Source: a virus
Taxonomy: Duplodnaviria; Caudoviricetes
Length of the DNA stretch: 64,000 nucleotides
Reading direction: 5' to 3' (one strand)
IMG/VR virus record: IMGVR_UViG_3300020037_001525
Location: 1 to 64,000 of that record
Part shown: positions 54,850 through 63,553 of the stretch, one piece after another
Position numbering within the stretch: the first letter of the stretch is position 1
Layout of the letters: each line of letters starts with the position of its first letter
Made by a program: the position numbers and the translations under genes
Notes under the pieces: model-generated
What the model saw: only the letters and a program-made list of their open reading frames with translations
What the model was told of the DNA's origin: nothing
Databases searched by the model: none

Positions 54850-54858
54850 TAATAACTG
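54850..54858 (-). promoter_or_regulatory. CAGNTATWA motif just downstream of a terminator
   Basis: CAGTTATTA upstream of the ATG at 54842. Confidence 0.45.
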
Positions 54859-54861
54859 CTC

Positions 54862-54893
54862 TAAATAGAAACTGCCCACTTCGGTGGGCAGTT
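54862..54893 (-). terminator. rho-independent terminator
   Basis: Perfect 10-bp stem AACTGCCCAC/GTGGGCAGTT with a 4-nt loop, followed by TCTATTT on the minus strand. Confidence 0.8.
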
Positions 54894-54918
54894 CTTTATT
54901 TTGGTTGGCTTAATGATA

Positions 54919-55464
54919 CTATGAAGTGGTCTCAGTAGCAGTAGCAGAATTTGCGCCTGTTGTGTAATCTGTTGCTGTTGCTCTCACTCTGAACCAATAT
55001 TGTGTTGCGGTTGTTAAACCTGTAACCTGAAATACGCTTGCTGTTGATGTGAAGGCAACTACTCCTGTGGTGAATCCTACATTTGTTGCTCTTTCTATGA
55101 TATAGCCTGTTGCATTCACAACATCTGGCCAATCGCATGTTACTTTTGTTGCTGAATCAACTGTTGGTGTTACTGTTCCTACTGTTGGTAATGTCGGTGT
55201 ATATCGTGCAACTGCTGCTGGAACGGCTTCTGTGTTTGCAACAATTGATTTCAATACAAGCGAATTGTTAGTTGCAATTGTAACTAATTGTTGAAGAGTA
55301 CAAGTTAAACCTCTTCGCAAAGCCTGTGTTGCCATCTTCAACTCTTCATCAGTTCCCATGTCAATGATGTCAAGTATTGTGAAATTGTCAACACGCCCCA
55401 TCATTGCGTCTGTTCTCAATGTAAAGAGAACTGTTGTACTGTTTTTGAACTGAAAATCTGTCAT
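54919..55464 (-). CDS. fibronectin type III domain virion protein
   Basis: DWPDVVNATGYIIERAT...FQVTGLTTATQYWFRVRA. Confidence 0.8.
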   Translation of the reverse strand: MTDFQFKNSTTVLFTLRTDAMMGRVDNFTILDIIDMGTDEELKMATQALRRGLTCTLQQLVTIATNNSLVLKSIVANTEAVPAAVARYTPTLPTVGTVTPTVDSATKVTCDWPDVVNATGYIIERATNVGFTTGVVAFTSTASVFQVTGLTTATQYWFRVRATATDYTTGANSATATETTS

Positions 55465-55499
55465 TGTATTTGCTTTTTGTTTGTGATTAAAGTGATGTT

Positions 55500-55508
55500 T
55501 TATAACTG
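55500..55508 (-). promoter_or_regulatory. CAGNTATWA motif
   Basis: CAGTTATAA upstream of the Fn3 gene. Confidence 0.45.
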
Positions 55509-55522
55509 GGTTGCGGTTATCA

Positions 55523-57076
55523 TTACATGAAGCTTACTATGTCCCTCATGGATAATGTCGAATTATATAATACACGTCTTTTTACAGTAATTGGTTCTGT
55601 TTTCCATCCTACTTTCACCTTGAAGCTAATTTCTTCAACATCATACGATTTTGCCGCCATTTTATCATATATGTTGTTGCTTTTCACTTCTTCTTTGAAT
55701 GAACCAATTTTTTTAGTTGTTATATCAGTAGGTTCATAATTCTTATTGAAGAAGTTGTACAGATTGTTGTCATCTCCTATTGCCATAGCAAGATTCTTCA
55801 AATCTTCTTCATTGTACTTTGCATAGGAATATTCTGACTCCTTTTGTTTTTCTTTGAAAAACTTCTTTTTTGCATTGTCAGAACTAACTTTTGATAAAGA
55901 TTTTGAAAATTGTGACACTGAATATTCCCCACTTGGTTCTATTGGAACTTTTGTGTCATCCTCTGGCATCGTCTTTATTCTTGAGAATAAGCCTTGTTCG
56001 ATTGATTGCTTAGCAAAATCAATGTCAGAATCTGATAATACACTATCTCTTAATGTATACTCCTTGCCACCTATTGACATTGCTACCCTGCCGTATTCAT
56101 ATCTTTTATTGCCACTATGGTCATCTTTATTCAAATATCCATTGGCAATTCGGTCTGCCTCTACTTCTGTTGCCCCTTCTTCCAAAGCCTTAACATGAGC
56201 ATCCATTTGTTTGTTGCCTTGGCTATGTTGCAAGTTCCTCAATGACTTAGCATAGGTGTTCCCTGCTTCATCTTTGATATGAGCTGTACCAAATTTATCC
56301 CACTTAGCATCATGCTTTAAACCATGTATTTTGCCTGTTACCTGCTTACCTTTGTGTTCAAAGGATACATGGTCGCCATGTGTGAACTCATGCTTTGCTC
56401 CGTCATCATGATGTCGAACGTAAACTGTTTGTTGGACACCTGCTTTGTTTGTGATGATTTTCTTCTCTAAGTGACTAACATCTTTCATAGCTTTCTCAAA
56501 GTCATCTTCTGTGATTTCACCTGATTCTAATGCTTTGTTGATGTCTGTGTGAAACTGAAGTATTGAGTCTTCTGTGAAGACCTCATAATGTTCTGATTTG
56601 GATAACTTATCAATCATTTGCTCTACAGTGTGTTCTTCACTATCCTCACCTGTTTTGTCTTCAAATTCTCTTTTCAGAGCATCTTCAGTTAAATTTTCGT
56701 AATGCGATCTCTTATCATACCCTTCATCATCTTTGTTGTCTTCTTCGCTGTCCATCACATGAGCATCGTCGTACTCTTTATCATTGAGTTCTGATGCTTG
56801 TTCTCTTTGATATTTGCCATATTCTATGTGTCTGCCTACTTTATCATAATGCTTAGCTTTCTCTTCATGATCTTTCTTGGTCATGCCATGCTTGCTTACC
56901 TTCTGCCACTTGCCTTCAGCTACTTTCTTGTAGCCATTGTGGACTGTACCAATAGGGAATGATTTGCCCTTTTCCAAATCAGTTTCCACTGCCTTGTTCA
57001 TTTCTTCGGTTTGCTCTTCATCTTTGTTGATGAAATTGTTGAAAATTGCTTGTTTGCGGATATCGTTGATTGCCAT
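55523..57076 (-). CDS. modular putative head-cargo protein A (517 aa)
   Basis: Shared domain VFTED...TDINK|A...DDFEK|AMKDVSHLEKKIITNKAG...VYV, SH3-like module, unique C-terminus. Confidence 0.6.
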   Translation of the reverse strand: MAINDIRKQAIFNNFINKDEEQTEEMNKAVETDLEKGKSFPIGTVHNGYKKVAEGKWQKVSKHGMTKKDHEEKAKHYDKVGRHIEYGKYQREQASELNDKEYDDAHVMDSEEDNKDDEGYDKRSHYENLTEDALKREFEDKTGEDSEEHTVEQMIDKLSKSEHYEVFTEDSILQFHTDINKALESGEITEDDFEKAMKDVSHLEKKIITNKAGVQQTVYVRHHDDGAKHEFTHGDHVSFEHKGKQVTGKIHGLKHDAKWDKFGTAHIKDEAGNTYAKSLRNLQHSQGNKQMDAHVKALEEGATEVEADRIANGYLNKDDHSGNKRYEYGRVAMSIGGKEYTLRDSVLSDSDIDFAKQSIEQGLFSRIKTMPEDDTKVPIEPSGEYSVSQFSKSLSKVSSDNAKKKFFKEKQKESEYSYAKYNEEDLKNLAMAIGDDNNLYNFFNKNYEPTDITTKKIGSFKEEVKSNNIYDKMAAKSYDVEEISFKVKVGWKTEPITVKRRVLYNSTLSMRDIVSFM

Positions 57077-57096
57077 TGTTTCTTATTTTTGTTTTG

Positions 57097-57105
57097 TTAT
57101 ACCTG
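57097..57105 (-). promoter_or_regulatory. CAGNTATWA motif
   Basis: CAGGTATAA 20 nt upstream of the ATG at 57076. Confidence 0.45.
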
Positions 57106-57145
57106 TTTAAGATTAATGAGACTGTTTTCTCTTATCCATACCATC

Positions 57146-58582
57146 TTAATTGTTCTTGCTTGGTTTCTTAGCAAGTTTCTCTGCCATATCATAATGACCT
57201 TGAGCTGTTTCTGAATGTCTATTGGCTCTTTTAGGGTAATTGTTCATCATGGCTTTCACTGCATGTGCTGAATGAAATTGCGCTGCTTCTTTATGGTCTT
57301 GTGCTGTAAAACCATTGTAGTAATAATCATCTGCCTTGCGTTTCGCACTCACTCTCAATCCAGAAGTTGTTTCTCCTACATATCCTGGACCAGTTGGTAT
57401 AGGTTTTGATTCTGTATTCGTCCTCGTTGTACCCAACTTACCAGAACCTTTCAGGTTTGAAATTTGTCTGTTGGTTGCTTTCTCATTCTCCTCATTTTCT
57501 ATGCTATCACGCAATTCTTTTTGTGACTCTTCATGTGTTTGTGGTTTCTCCTTTGACAAATTATTCATGTGGGTTGTAGTCGTTGTCTTCAATCCATCAA
57601 GTCTAATTTTTCTCATGCTTCCCTTTAGTGCAGTAACCTTGCCTCTCCTTAGTTTACCACCATCATGCAACCAAACTTCTGAGCCAACTCCGTGTGGTAC
57701 ATCTGAATCTGGTTCATCATGCCCAGAAGCATCAAAGTCATGCTGTACAATAGCTTTCGATGGGTCAATTTTGTGCAATTCTTTTGTGGAAGGATGAACC
57801 CCCATCAAATTGCCTGTCTTCTTGTCATGACCAACAACATGAACTAAATCATGCTTGTAACCATTCACACTTTGTGGATGTTGCATCAATACTCTCTGAC
57901 CACGCTTCATCTGCACACCGAATTGGTCTTTTGTTCCTTGCTTCACATTATCGTGGTTGGCTGCGTGCTTTTTGATTTCTGATTTTAATTCTTCTGGCTT
58001 CATTTCTTCTTGTGTGTTTAATCTTGGTAAACCTCTGTCATCTTCAGAAGTATCTGGTGAAGAAGTTGCTGGTTTAGCTGTTTGCTCCAACTCCTTACCT
58101 TCTTCGTGGTGTTCTATACCTCTAAGAGACTTACTGTACGTATTGCCCTTGTCATCTTTGATGTGAGCTGTACCGAATTTATCATAAACCTCATGATGTT
58201 TGAGTTTCGTGATATGACCTACTTTCTTGATACCTTTATCTTCGAAAACAACTTTGTGTCCTTCGGAGAACTCATGCTTGTCACCGTTATCAGCATGTCT
58301 TGTATAGACTGTCTTCTGGTGACCATTTTTATCTGTAATGGTTTTCTTTTCTAAGTTCGCTATATTTCTCATACCTTTGTTGAACTCTGAAGCATCAATC
58401 AAATTATCCTGAAATGCTTTCGTAAGGTCTGTCTGGTATTGCTCCAAACCTTCTCTGGTATAGATTTCCACATGTTCATTTTGCTTTGAAACTTCTTTAT
58501 TTTCAACTGATTTCTCAAACTGGGATGCTATATTCTCAGCGATTTTCTGTCTTCTTTCTTGTAGTGATTGTGCTATGTTCAT
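57146..58582 (-). CDS. modular putative head-cargo protein B (478 aa)
   Basis: Shared domain IYTRE...TDLTK|A...SEFNK|GMRNIANLEKKTITDKNG...VYT; SH3-like modules; FTAQDH motif. Confidence 0.6.
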   Translation of the reverse strand: MNIAQSLQERRQKIAENIASQFEKSVENKEVSKQNEHVEIYTREGLEQYQTDLTKAFQDNLIDASEFNKGMRNIANLEKKTITDKNGHQKTVYTRHADNGDKHEFSEGHKVVFEDKGIKKVGHITKLKHHEVYDKFGTAHIKDDKGNTYSKSLRGIEHHEEGKELEQTAKPATSSPDTSEDDRGLPRLNTQEEMKPEELKSEIKKHAANHDNVKQGTKDQFGVQMKRGQRVLMQHPQSVNGYKHDLVHVVGHDKKTGNLMGVHPSTKELHKIDPSKAIVQHDFDASGHDEPDSDVPHGVGSEVWLHDGGKLRRGKVTALKGSMRKIRLDGLKTTTTTHMNNLSKEKPQTHEESQKELRDSIENEENEKATNRQISNLKGSGKLGTTRTNTESKPIPTGPGYVGETTSGLRVSAKRKADDYYYNGFTAQDHKEAAQFHSAHAVKAMMNNYPKRANRHSETAQGHYDMAEKLAKKPSKNN

Positions 58583-58615
58583 TGTATTTTGTTTTATTAT
58601 GATTGTTTATTTGTG

Positions 58616-59320
58616 TTAATTATAAACTCTTATTTCTATCATTGTTCTTGCAAGAATATCATCAGCTAATACATCTGATGAGTTGTATGTCTGTATTAGT
58701 AGAGCACTTGTTGATATGAATGTTATGTTAATAGTTGAGCCATCCATTGTTTTATAGATTGCATTGTTAGGAATAAACAAATTGTCCTCTATGAATTTGT
58801 TCGCTGAGTTCAATCTATACTCACCAACGTCATTTCTTGCGATACCTGTGATACCAATAGTATCTTCAAGAACCAATGCTGTTGGAGCAGCTGTTGCTGA
58901 TTGCGAGAGCATTGCTGTATAAGATTTGTATTGTACAGTATTAGCTATGTCAGCTAATATGATAGTCGCTATTTCTCTAATTGTGGTTGCTCCATAATCA
59001 CCACTATCAACTTCATCCAAATTCTCTTTTGTAAGATAATTCAACTCAAATACAACTCTGGTTGGATTTGGCATAGTTCTATCATTGTGCTTTATAATCA
59101 ATGAAGAGTTGAGATTGCCTTCGATTTCAGCTACGATATCTGTAAATGGCTGTATAAACGCTGCTAACACCAATGGCACATATGTTATCACCTGTGATGG
59201 TAGTATTGGATTGTGTGGTTCATATGAAATTGTTATATTCTCTAATGAATATACATTGATGACACCACTCCTATCAATTGTTATTGTTCTGTTCGTGTTA
59301 TTTACTGTTATACTTGACAT
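58616..59320 (-). CDS. putative virion structural protein (234 aa)
   Basis: C-terminal YKSYTAMLSQSATAAPTALVLEDTIG...IEIRVYN motif, of a type seen at phage fibre/appendage ends. Confidence 0.55.
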   Translation of the reverse strand: MSSITVNNTNRTITIDRSGVINVYSLENITISYEPHNPILPSQVITYVPLVLAAFIQPFTDIVAEIEGNLNSSLIIKHNDRTMPNPTRVVFELNYLTKENLDEVDSGDYGATTIREIATIILADIANTVQYKSYTAMLSQSATAAPTALVLEDTIGITGIARNDVGEYRLNSANKFIEDNLFIPNNAIYKTMDGSTINITFISTSALLIQTYNSSDVLADDILARTMIEIRVYN

Positions 59321-59345
59321 TTGTGAATTTTGTTTTTAGTATGTA

Positions 59346-61154
59346 TTAATCTTCTGTCTCGAATGCTTCTATGCCACCTAATCTTGTAAGCATCTTCTTA
59401 TATGTAGGTATAAGTGTTCCAATTTGTTTGTCCATGTGGCTATCTCCACCTACTTTCCACACATTGGTTGCCATATTATCCATGGCATGACGCCCAACTG
59501 AACTTATAAGGAATGCGCCTATCTCTCTGTCATTTAATCCTTTTTTACGGAGATAACCTTCTAATGCTGCATCACGCTCATCGTTTCTGTCATTGTGATA
59601 TATTGCACCATATCCACCTGCGTAATTTTGGAATGCTGGAGATTCAAACACTGCTTTGCTGTAACCGCCTTGTTGGATGCCGTCTCTGTGTTCCATTGTG
59701 GATTTGTTGTTCTCTGATGCAATTTTATCAATTTGTTGTTTATATGACAACCCTTCTTGATCGTCTAAATAAGAACCCTTGCCAACATGTCTTTCCCATC
59801 CAAGCTTATCTGCTGACTTATCGCCTATCAATTTTGCTCCCTTTAATCGGTCAACCAATTTAGCTTTAATAGAGCTTGCGTCTCTGTGGTCAGTGGCTGT
59901 GAAATCTTTGTGATTTTCATGATCAAATGCTATGTGAATGGGTTTACCAGAAGTTGTATTGCCTAACACTGCATCCCCACCCCTTTTCAGTGTTTTAGCA
60001 ATTTCAATATCATCATTTGCTGCCTTCATCTTAGCAGCTATTTCTGGAACTGCTGCCATTGGGTTTGTTTCTAATTTCACATCTTTCCACATTTTATCAA
60101 ATCTCACCCTGTTGATATGACTTAGTTGCGACACATGTTTAGCTACTTCAATCAGTTCATCATTTGATATATCCTTCTTCTGCATGATGCCGTTGGGATT
60201 GAATACTGTTGACTTTGCACTCCAACCTTCACCATCTTTCTTATATCCAAAGTGATTTGCTGCTTCTTCCCAATTATTCAACACCTTGCCATCGACCATG
60301 CTTCCGCTACTGTATCCGTGCTTCTCTGATATGTGATTCTTCATTTGGTGGTCAGACATCTTTGTATTGTTGCTTACATAGATTGTTCTCACAACACCGT
60401 TCTTGTCGGTCATTGTTTTCTTTGTAAGATGAGACAAATTCTTCATTCCTTTCTCAAAGTCTTCCTGAGATACTTCCTCAGACTCCATTGCTTTGTTGAG
60501 GTCTGTGATGTATTGTTGGATGGATTCTTCTGTGTAGAATTGGATGGATTTTTCAACTTTATTTCCTACGATGTTTGGTTGATTTGGTTTCTTTTTTATC
60601 AAGTGTATGTGAACTTCACCGTTGCTTCCAGAATCATCTCTTTTTGTTATGAGAGATTGATGGTCTGGGAACTTCTTACTGAATACGCTTCTTATGTTGT
60701 CATTATCTCCCACATTACCTTTTTTTGTCACTAATTTCAATTTATGACCACCGTGACCATCATGTTCGTGCGTATGAACTCCATACGAATGGAACTGGTC
60801 TCCATAATGGTCTTTATCTATGCTTTGAACAGCACGCTTTGCTTCATCTAAATTTCTGATATCTTTCTTTATAGGTTTTATGTTATCCGCATTGTGCACT
60901 TTTCCATTTGATGAATATCTTAAATCATTTGCTTCCTTATGTTCACCTCTTGTGAAATCTTTGTGCAAATCAGGAACAGCACTTTGATATATAGGCTTAC
61001 CACTTTTCGTATGTCCTATCACTTTACCACCTCTTGATCCCTCTGCTTTTTCAAGATCATTGTCTATACCAATAAATCTGTCTGCTATTCCTTTGCGAAA
61101 CGCTTGTTGTTTTGCTGCAATGGCTTGTTGCAATTGTTCTTGTATGTTTTTCAT
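59346..61154 (-). CDS. modular putative head-cargo protein C (602 aa)
   Basis: DLEK|AEGSRGGKVIGHTKSGKPIY, a second G.T.SGKPI copy, and the shared domain FYTEE...TDLNK|A...EDFEK|GMKNLSHL. Confidence 0.6.
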   Translation of the reverse strand: MKNIQEQLQQAIAAKQQAFRKGIADRFIGIDNDLEKAEGSRGGKVIGHTKSGKPIYQSAVPDLHKDFTRGEHKEANDLRYSSNGKVHNADNIKPIKKDIRNLDEAKRAVQSIDKDHYGDQFHSYGVHTHEHDGHGGHKLKLVTKKGNVGDNDNIRSVFSKKFPDHQSLITKRDDSGSNGEVHIHLIKKKPNQPNIVGNKVEKSIQFYTEESIQQYITDLNKAMESEEVSQEDFEKGMKNLSHLTKKTMTDKNGVVRTIYVSNNTKMSDHQMKNHISEKHGYSSGSMVDGKVLNNWEEAANHFGYKKDGEGWSAKSTVFNPNGIMQKKDISNDELIEVAKHVSQLSHINRVRFDKMWKDVKLETNPMAAVPEIAAKMKAANDDIEIAKTLKRGGDAVLGNTTSGKPIHIAFDHENHKDFTATDHRDASSIKAKLVDRLKGAKLIGDKSADKLGWERHVGKGSYLDDQEGLSYKQQIDKIASENNKSTMEHRDGIQQGGYSKAVFESPAFQNYAGGYGAIYHNDRNDERDAALEGYLRKKGLNDREIGAFLISSVGRHAMDNMATNVWKVGGDSHMDKQIGTLIPTYKKMLTRLGGIEAFETED

Positions 61155-61156
61155 CT

Positions 61157-63265
61157 TTATTGATTAAATTGTAATTTGTATTTTAATTTTGCTCCTATAC
61201 TGTACATCTCCTGTGCAAGATTTTCTACACCAATGAAACCCATCTCTTCAGCATAATTCTCAACGTCAAACGCTAAAACAATTATATGCTCAGCAACACC
61301 ATTTGGGTCTATACTATCACTGTAACTTTGTTTGTTATTCACCATAACAATCATGGTGTTGAACTTATCCTTGCCGACAAGCCCAAGAAGTTGTTCAGCT
61401 ATTGTATCTGTAAGAGAATCAAACTCTGATAGTGCCTCTCCAAATGCTTCATGTATCGGTTCACTTGCAGTCTTCAAGTGCACCCATTTAAGCCATACTT
61501 CCGTTTCATGCATTCTTGATATCAATGTAGACAATGTATAATCATCAGTGCTATCTCTTTCAACCTCTACTACTGGCATTTCTTTAATGTAATCTTCTCC
61601 ATTATCACCGACATCAACTCCTAAGTCTCCTAATGCTTTGATGATTTCATTGCTGTTAGATTTTGAAAATAACACCATGTCCTTAGCATCATGAACCCAA
61701 TCAACTCCATCTTCTTTGGCACCATGTATAATATCAAGAAGACTTCCAACTGTACGAATATTCAAATCATTCGTTTTGTTTTTATACTTGTCAAGGAAAT
61801 CAATGGCATCTTTCAAATCTGCTTGGTCGTACTTGATATCCTTGCCATCAGAGCCTTGAAACTTGATGTTATTGTATTCTTTGGTTTCAGGGTGTTGTGC
61901 TATATGTCGAATACGTTGTATTGTCTCGTCTGGAGTCATCGTCATATCAACCCTCAAAGACCTTGATTTCAATGGTTGTGGCACTTTATTCGGTGGTAGG
62001 TTTGATATAAAAACTGCTCTACCATTGAAATTAAACCTGTTTGGTATTGGTTGCCCAAAGCTATCTTTCAATGGTCTCTGTGACGCATAAGCCACTGTTC
62101 CATCTCCTGAAGTATCTAATGCACCTTTCCACAAACCTTCATCTGTGTCTGTTATGGCAGTATCACAGTCATCAATCATCAATATCTTACCATTGTGTTC
62201 ATACATTGCCTGATATAATCCAGCTGTAGTCGCTTTACCTGTTATCTTTACATAATCATAATCATCACTACCCACTTCCATACCTTCTTTGAATTCACGC
62301 TTACCAAGTTTCTTCAATTCTTGTTGAACAGTGTATGTCTTGCCAACCCCACCTGTTCCGTATGATATTACAGATTTCATGCCACCCTTGCCAGAAGCCA
62401 CAGAACGCACAAATCTTGCAAACGTATCAAAACGTCTGTTAATATCTCCTCTGCCTTCCTCTGCTTCATCTGCTTTCTTCTCACCAACTATCTTGTCTGC
62501 TGCTGCGTCTGCATCCAGTGGATTGTCCTTGTCTTTTTCTTCAGATTCTCCATCTTTCTTGTCACCTCTACTTTCAAGTTCCTTTTCAGCTATTTTCTTG
62601 ATGTTTTCATCTTTTGTGGTCTTGATAGTGTTCTCTAAGCCACCTCTCGATGCTTTCTTAGCGAAATTTTGTAAATCTTCTGGAGAGTGTTTTGGTTCTT
62701 CCTGTTTCTTACTACCTTCTCCATGAGGACTATCGAACTGATGTGGATGCTTGTTGATTGTCTGTCCACCATGTTCTTTATCAAGTTTAATTGCATATTC
62801 TCCTGTTTTGCCAACGCTACCAACAGTTCCTGTTACTTTGCTTCCCTTATGTTCAAGTTCTACCTTAGAACCATGTTCTGCGTGTTCTCGGTTGCCTTTG
62901 TTTGGGTCAACCCAACGATGCATCATCTTACCATTAACATTCACTTCTTTCAAGACAAGATGTGAAGTATTGAGTTTGCCACCTTTCTCAAAGTAATCAT
63001 CATCTTCAAATGATTTACTAACAATATCACACAAATCGTTGACTTGGTGCATGTGGTCTTCGTGGTAGTTCTGCATAAACTCCTTCACTGATTCTTTGCT
63101 ACCGTAATGGCTGTCTTTTTCTCCATCTTCTGTCATCCAATCATGATATTCCTTCTTCAATTGTTTAACATCAATATCTTCACCTTTTTGTAAATTATTA
63201 TCAATAAAAGATGACGCTATACGTTGCGCCTTACTGTCCCCAATATTAAAGTTTGTCAGATTCAT
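61157..63265 (-). CDS. modular putative head-cargo polyprotein D: SH3-like + AAA ATPase + Dps/ferritin-like domain
   Basis: YFEK|G...SHL; YGTGGVGKT Walker A, LMIDDCD Walker B, ISN, SRS; VHL...IHEAFGE....DSLTDTIAEQLLG. Confidence 0.75.
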   Translation of the reverse strand: MNLTNFNIGDSKAQRIASSFIDNNLQKGEDIDVKQLKKEYHDWMTEDGEKDSHYGSKESVKEFMQNYHEDHMHQVNDLCDIVSKSFEDDDYFEKGGKLNTSHLVLKEVNVNGKMMHRWVDPNKGNREHAEHGSKVELEHKGSKVTGTVGSVGKTGEYAIKLDKEHGGQTINKHPHQFDSPHGEGSKKQEEPKHSPEDLQNFAKKASRGGLENTIKTTKDENIKKIAEKELESRGDKKDGESEEKDKDNPLDADAAADKIVGEKKADEAEEGRGDINRRFDTFARFVRSVASGKGGMKSVISYGTGGVGKTYTVQQELKKLGKREFKEGMEVGSDDYDYVKITGKATTAGLYQAMYEHNGKILMIDDCDTAITDTDEGLWKGALDTSGDGTVAYASQRPLKDSFGQPIPNRFNFNGRAVFISNLPPNKVPQPLKSRSLRVDMTMTPDETIQRIRHIAQHPETKEYNNIKFQGSDGKDIKYDQADLKDAIDFLDKYKNKTNDLNIRTVGSLLDIIHGAKEDGVDWVHDAKDMVLFSKSNSNEIIKALGDLGVDVGDNGEDYIKEMPVVEVERDSTDDYTLSTLISRMHETEVWLKWVHLKTASEPIHEAFGEALSEFDSLTDTIAEQLLGLVGKDKFNTMIVMVNNKQSYSDSIDPNGVAEHIIVLAFDVENYAEEMGFIGVENLAQEMYSIGAKLKYKLQFNQ

Positions 63266-63521
63266 TGTTTAATTTTTGTATAAATACTGTGAATAATTTT
63301 ACTCCATGTTCATTTGTAACTACACTCTTGTTCATTCTATGACACTCTAACAAAGCTTCTCTGTATTCATTGCTATTAATCTCATCATCATCATACGATT
63401 TCTTCAAATCTTCATTGTATCTTGTCATATCCTTTTGAGTGAAAACAGCAATCTCACCAGCCTTCATCTGTTCATTGAGAAGATTGATGGTTATTTCTTT
63501 GCTATCACTTAATTCTGCCAT
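63246..63521 (-). CDS. stand-alone copy of the cargo-array shared domain (91 aa)
   Basis: VFTQKDMTRYNEDLKK|SYDDDEINSNEYREALLECHRMNKSVVTNEHG...VF. Confidence 0.6.
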   Translation of the reverse strand: MAELSDSKEITINLLNEQMKAGEIAVFTQKDMTRYNEDLKKSYDDDEINSNEYREALLECHRMNKSVVTNEHGVKLFTVFIQKLNNESDKL

Positions 63522-63538
63522 AGTTCAAATTTAAAGTC

Positions 63539-63548
63539 TTAATAGCTG
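63539..63548 (-). promoter_or_regulatory. CAGNTATWA motif heading the cargo array
   Basis: CAGCTATTAA 17 nt upstream of the ATG at 63521. Confidence 0.45.
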
Positions 63549-63553
63549 TTTCA

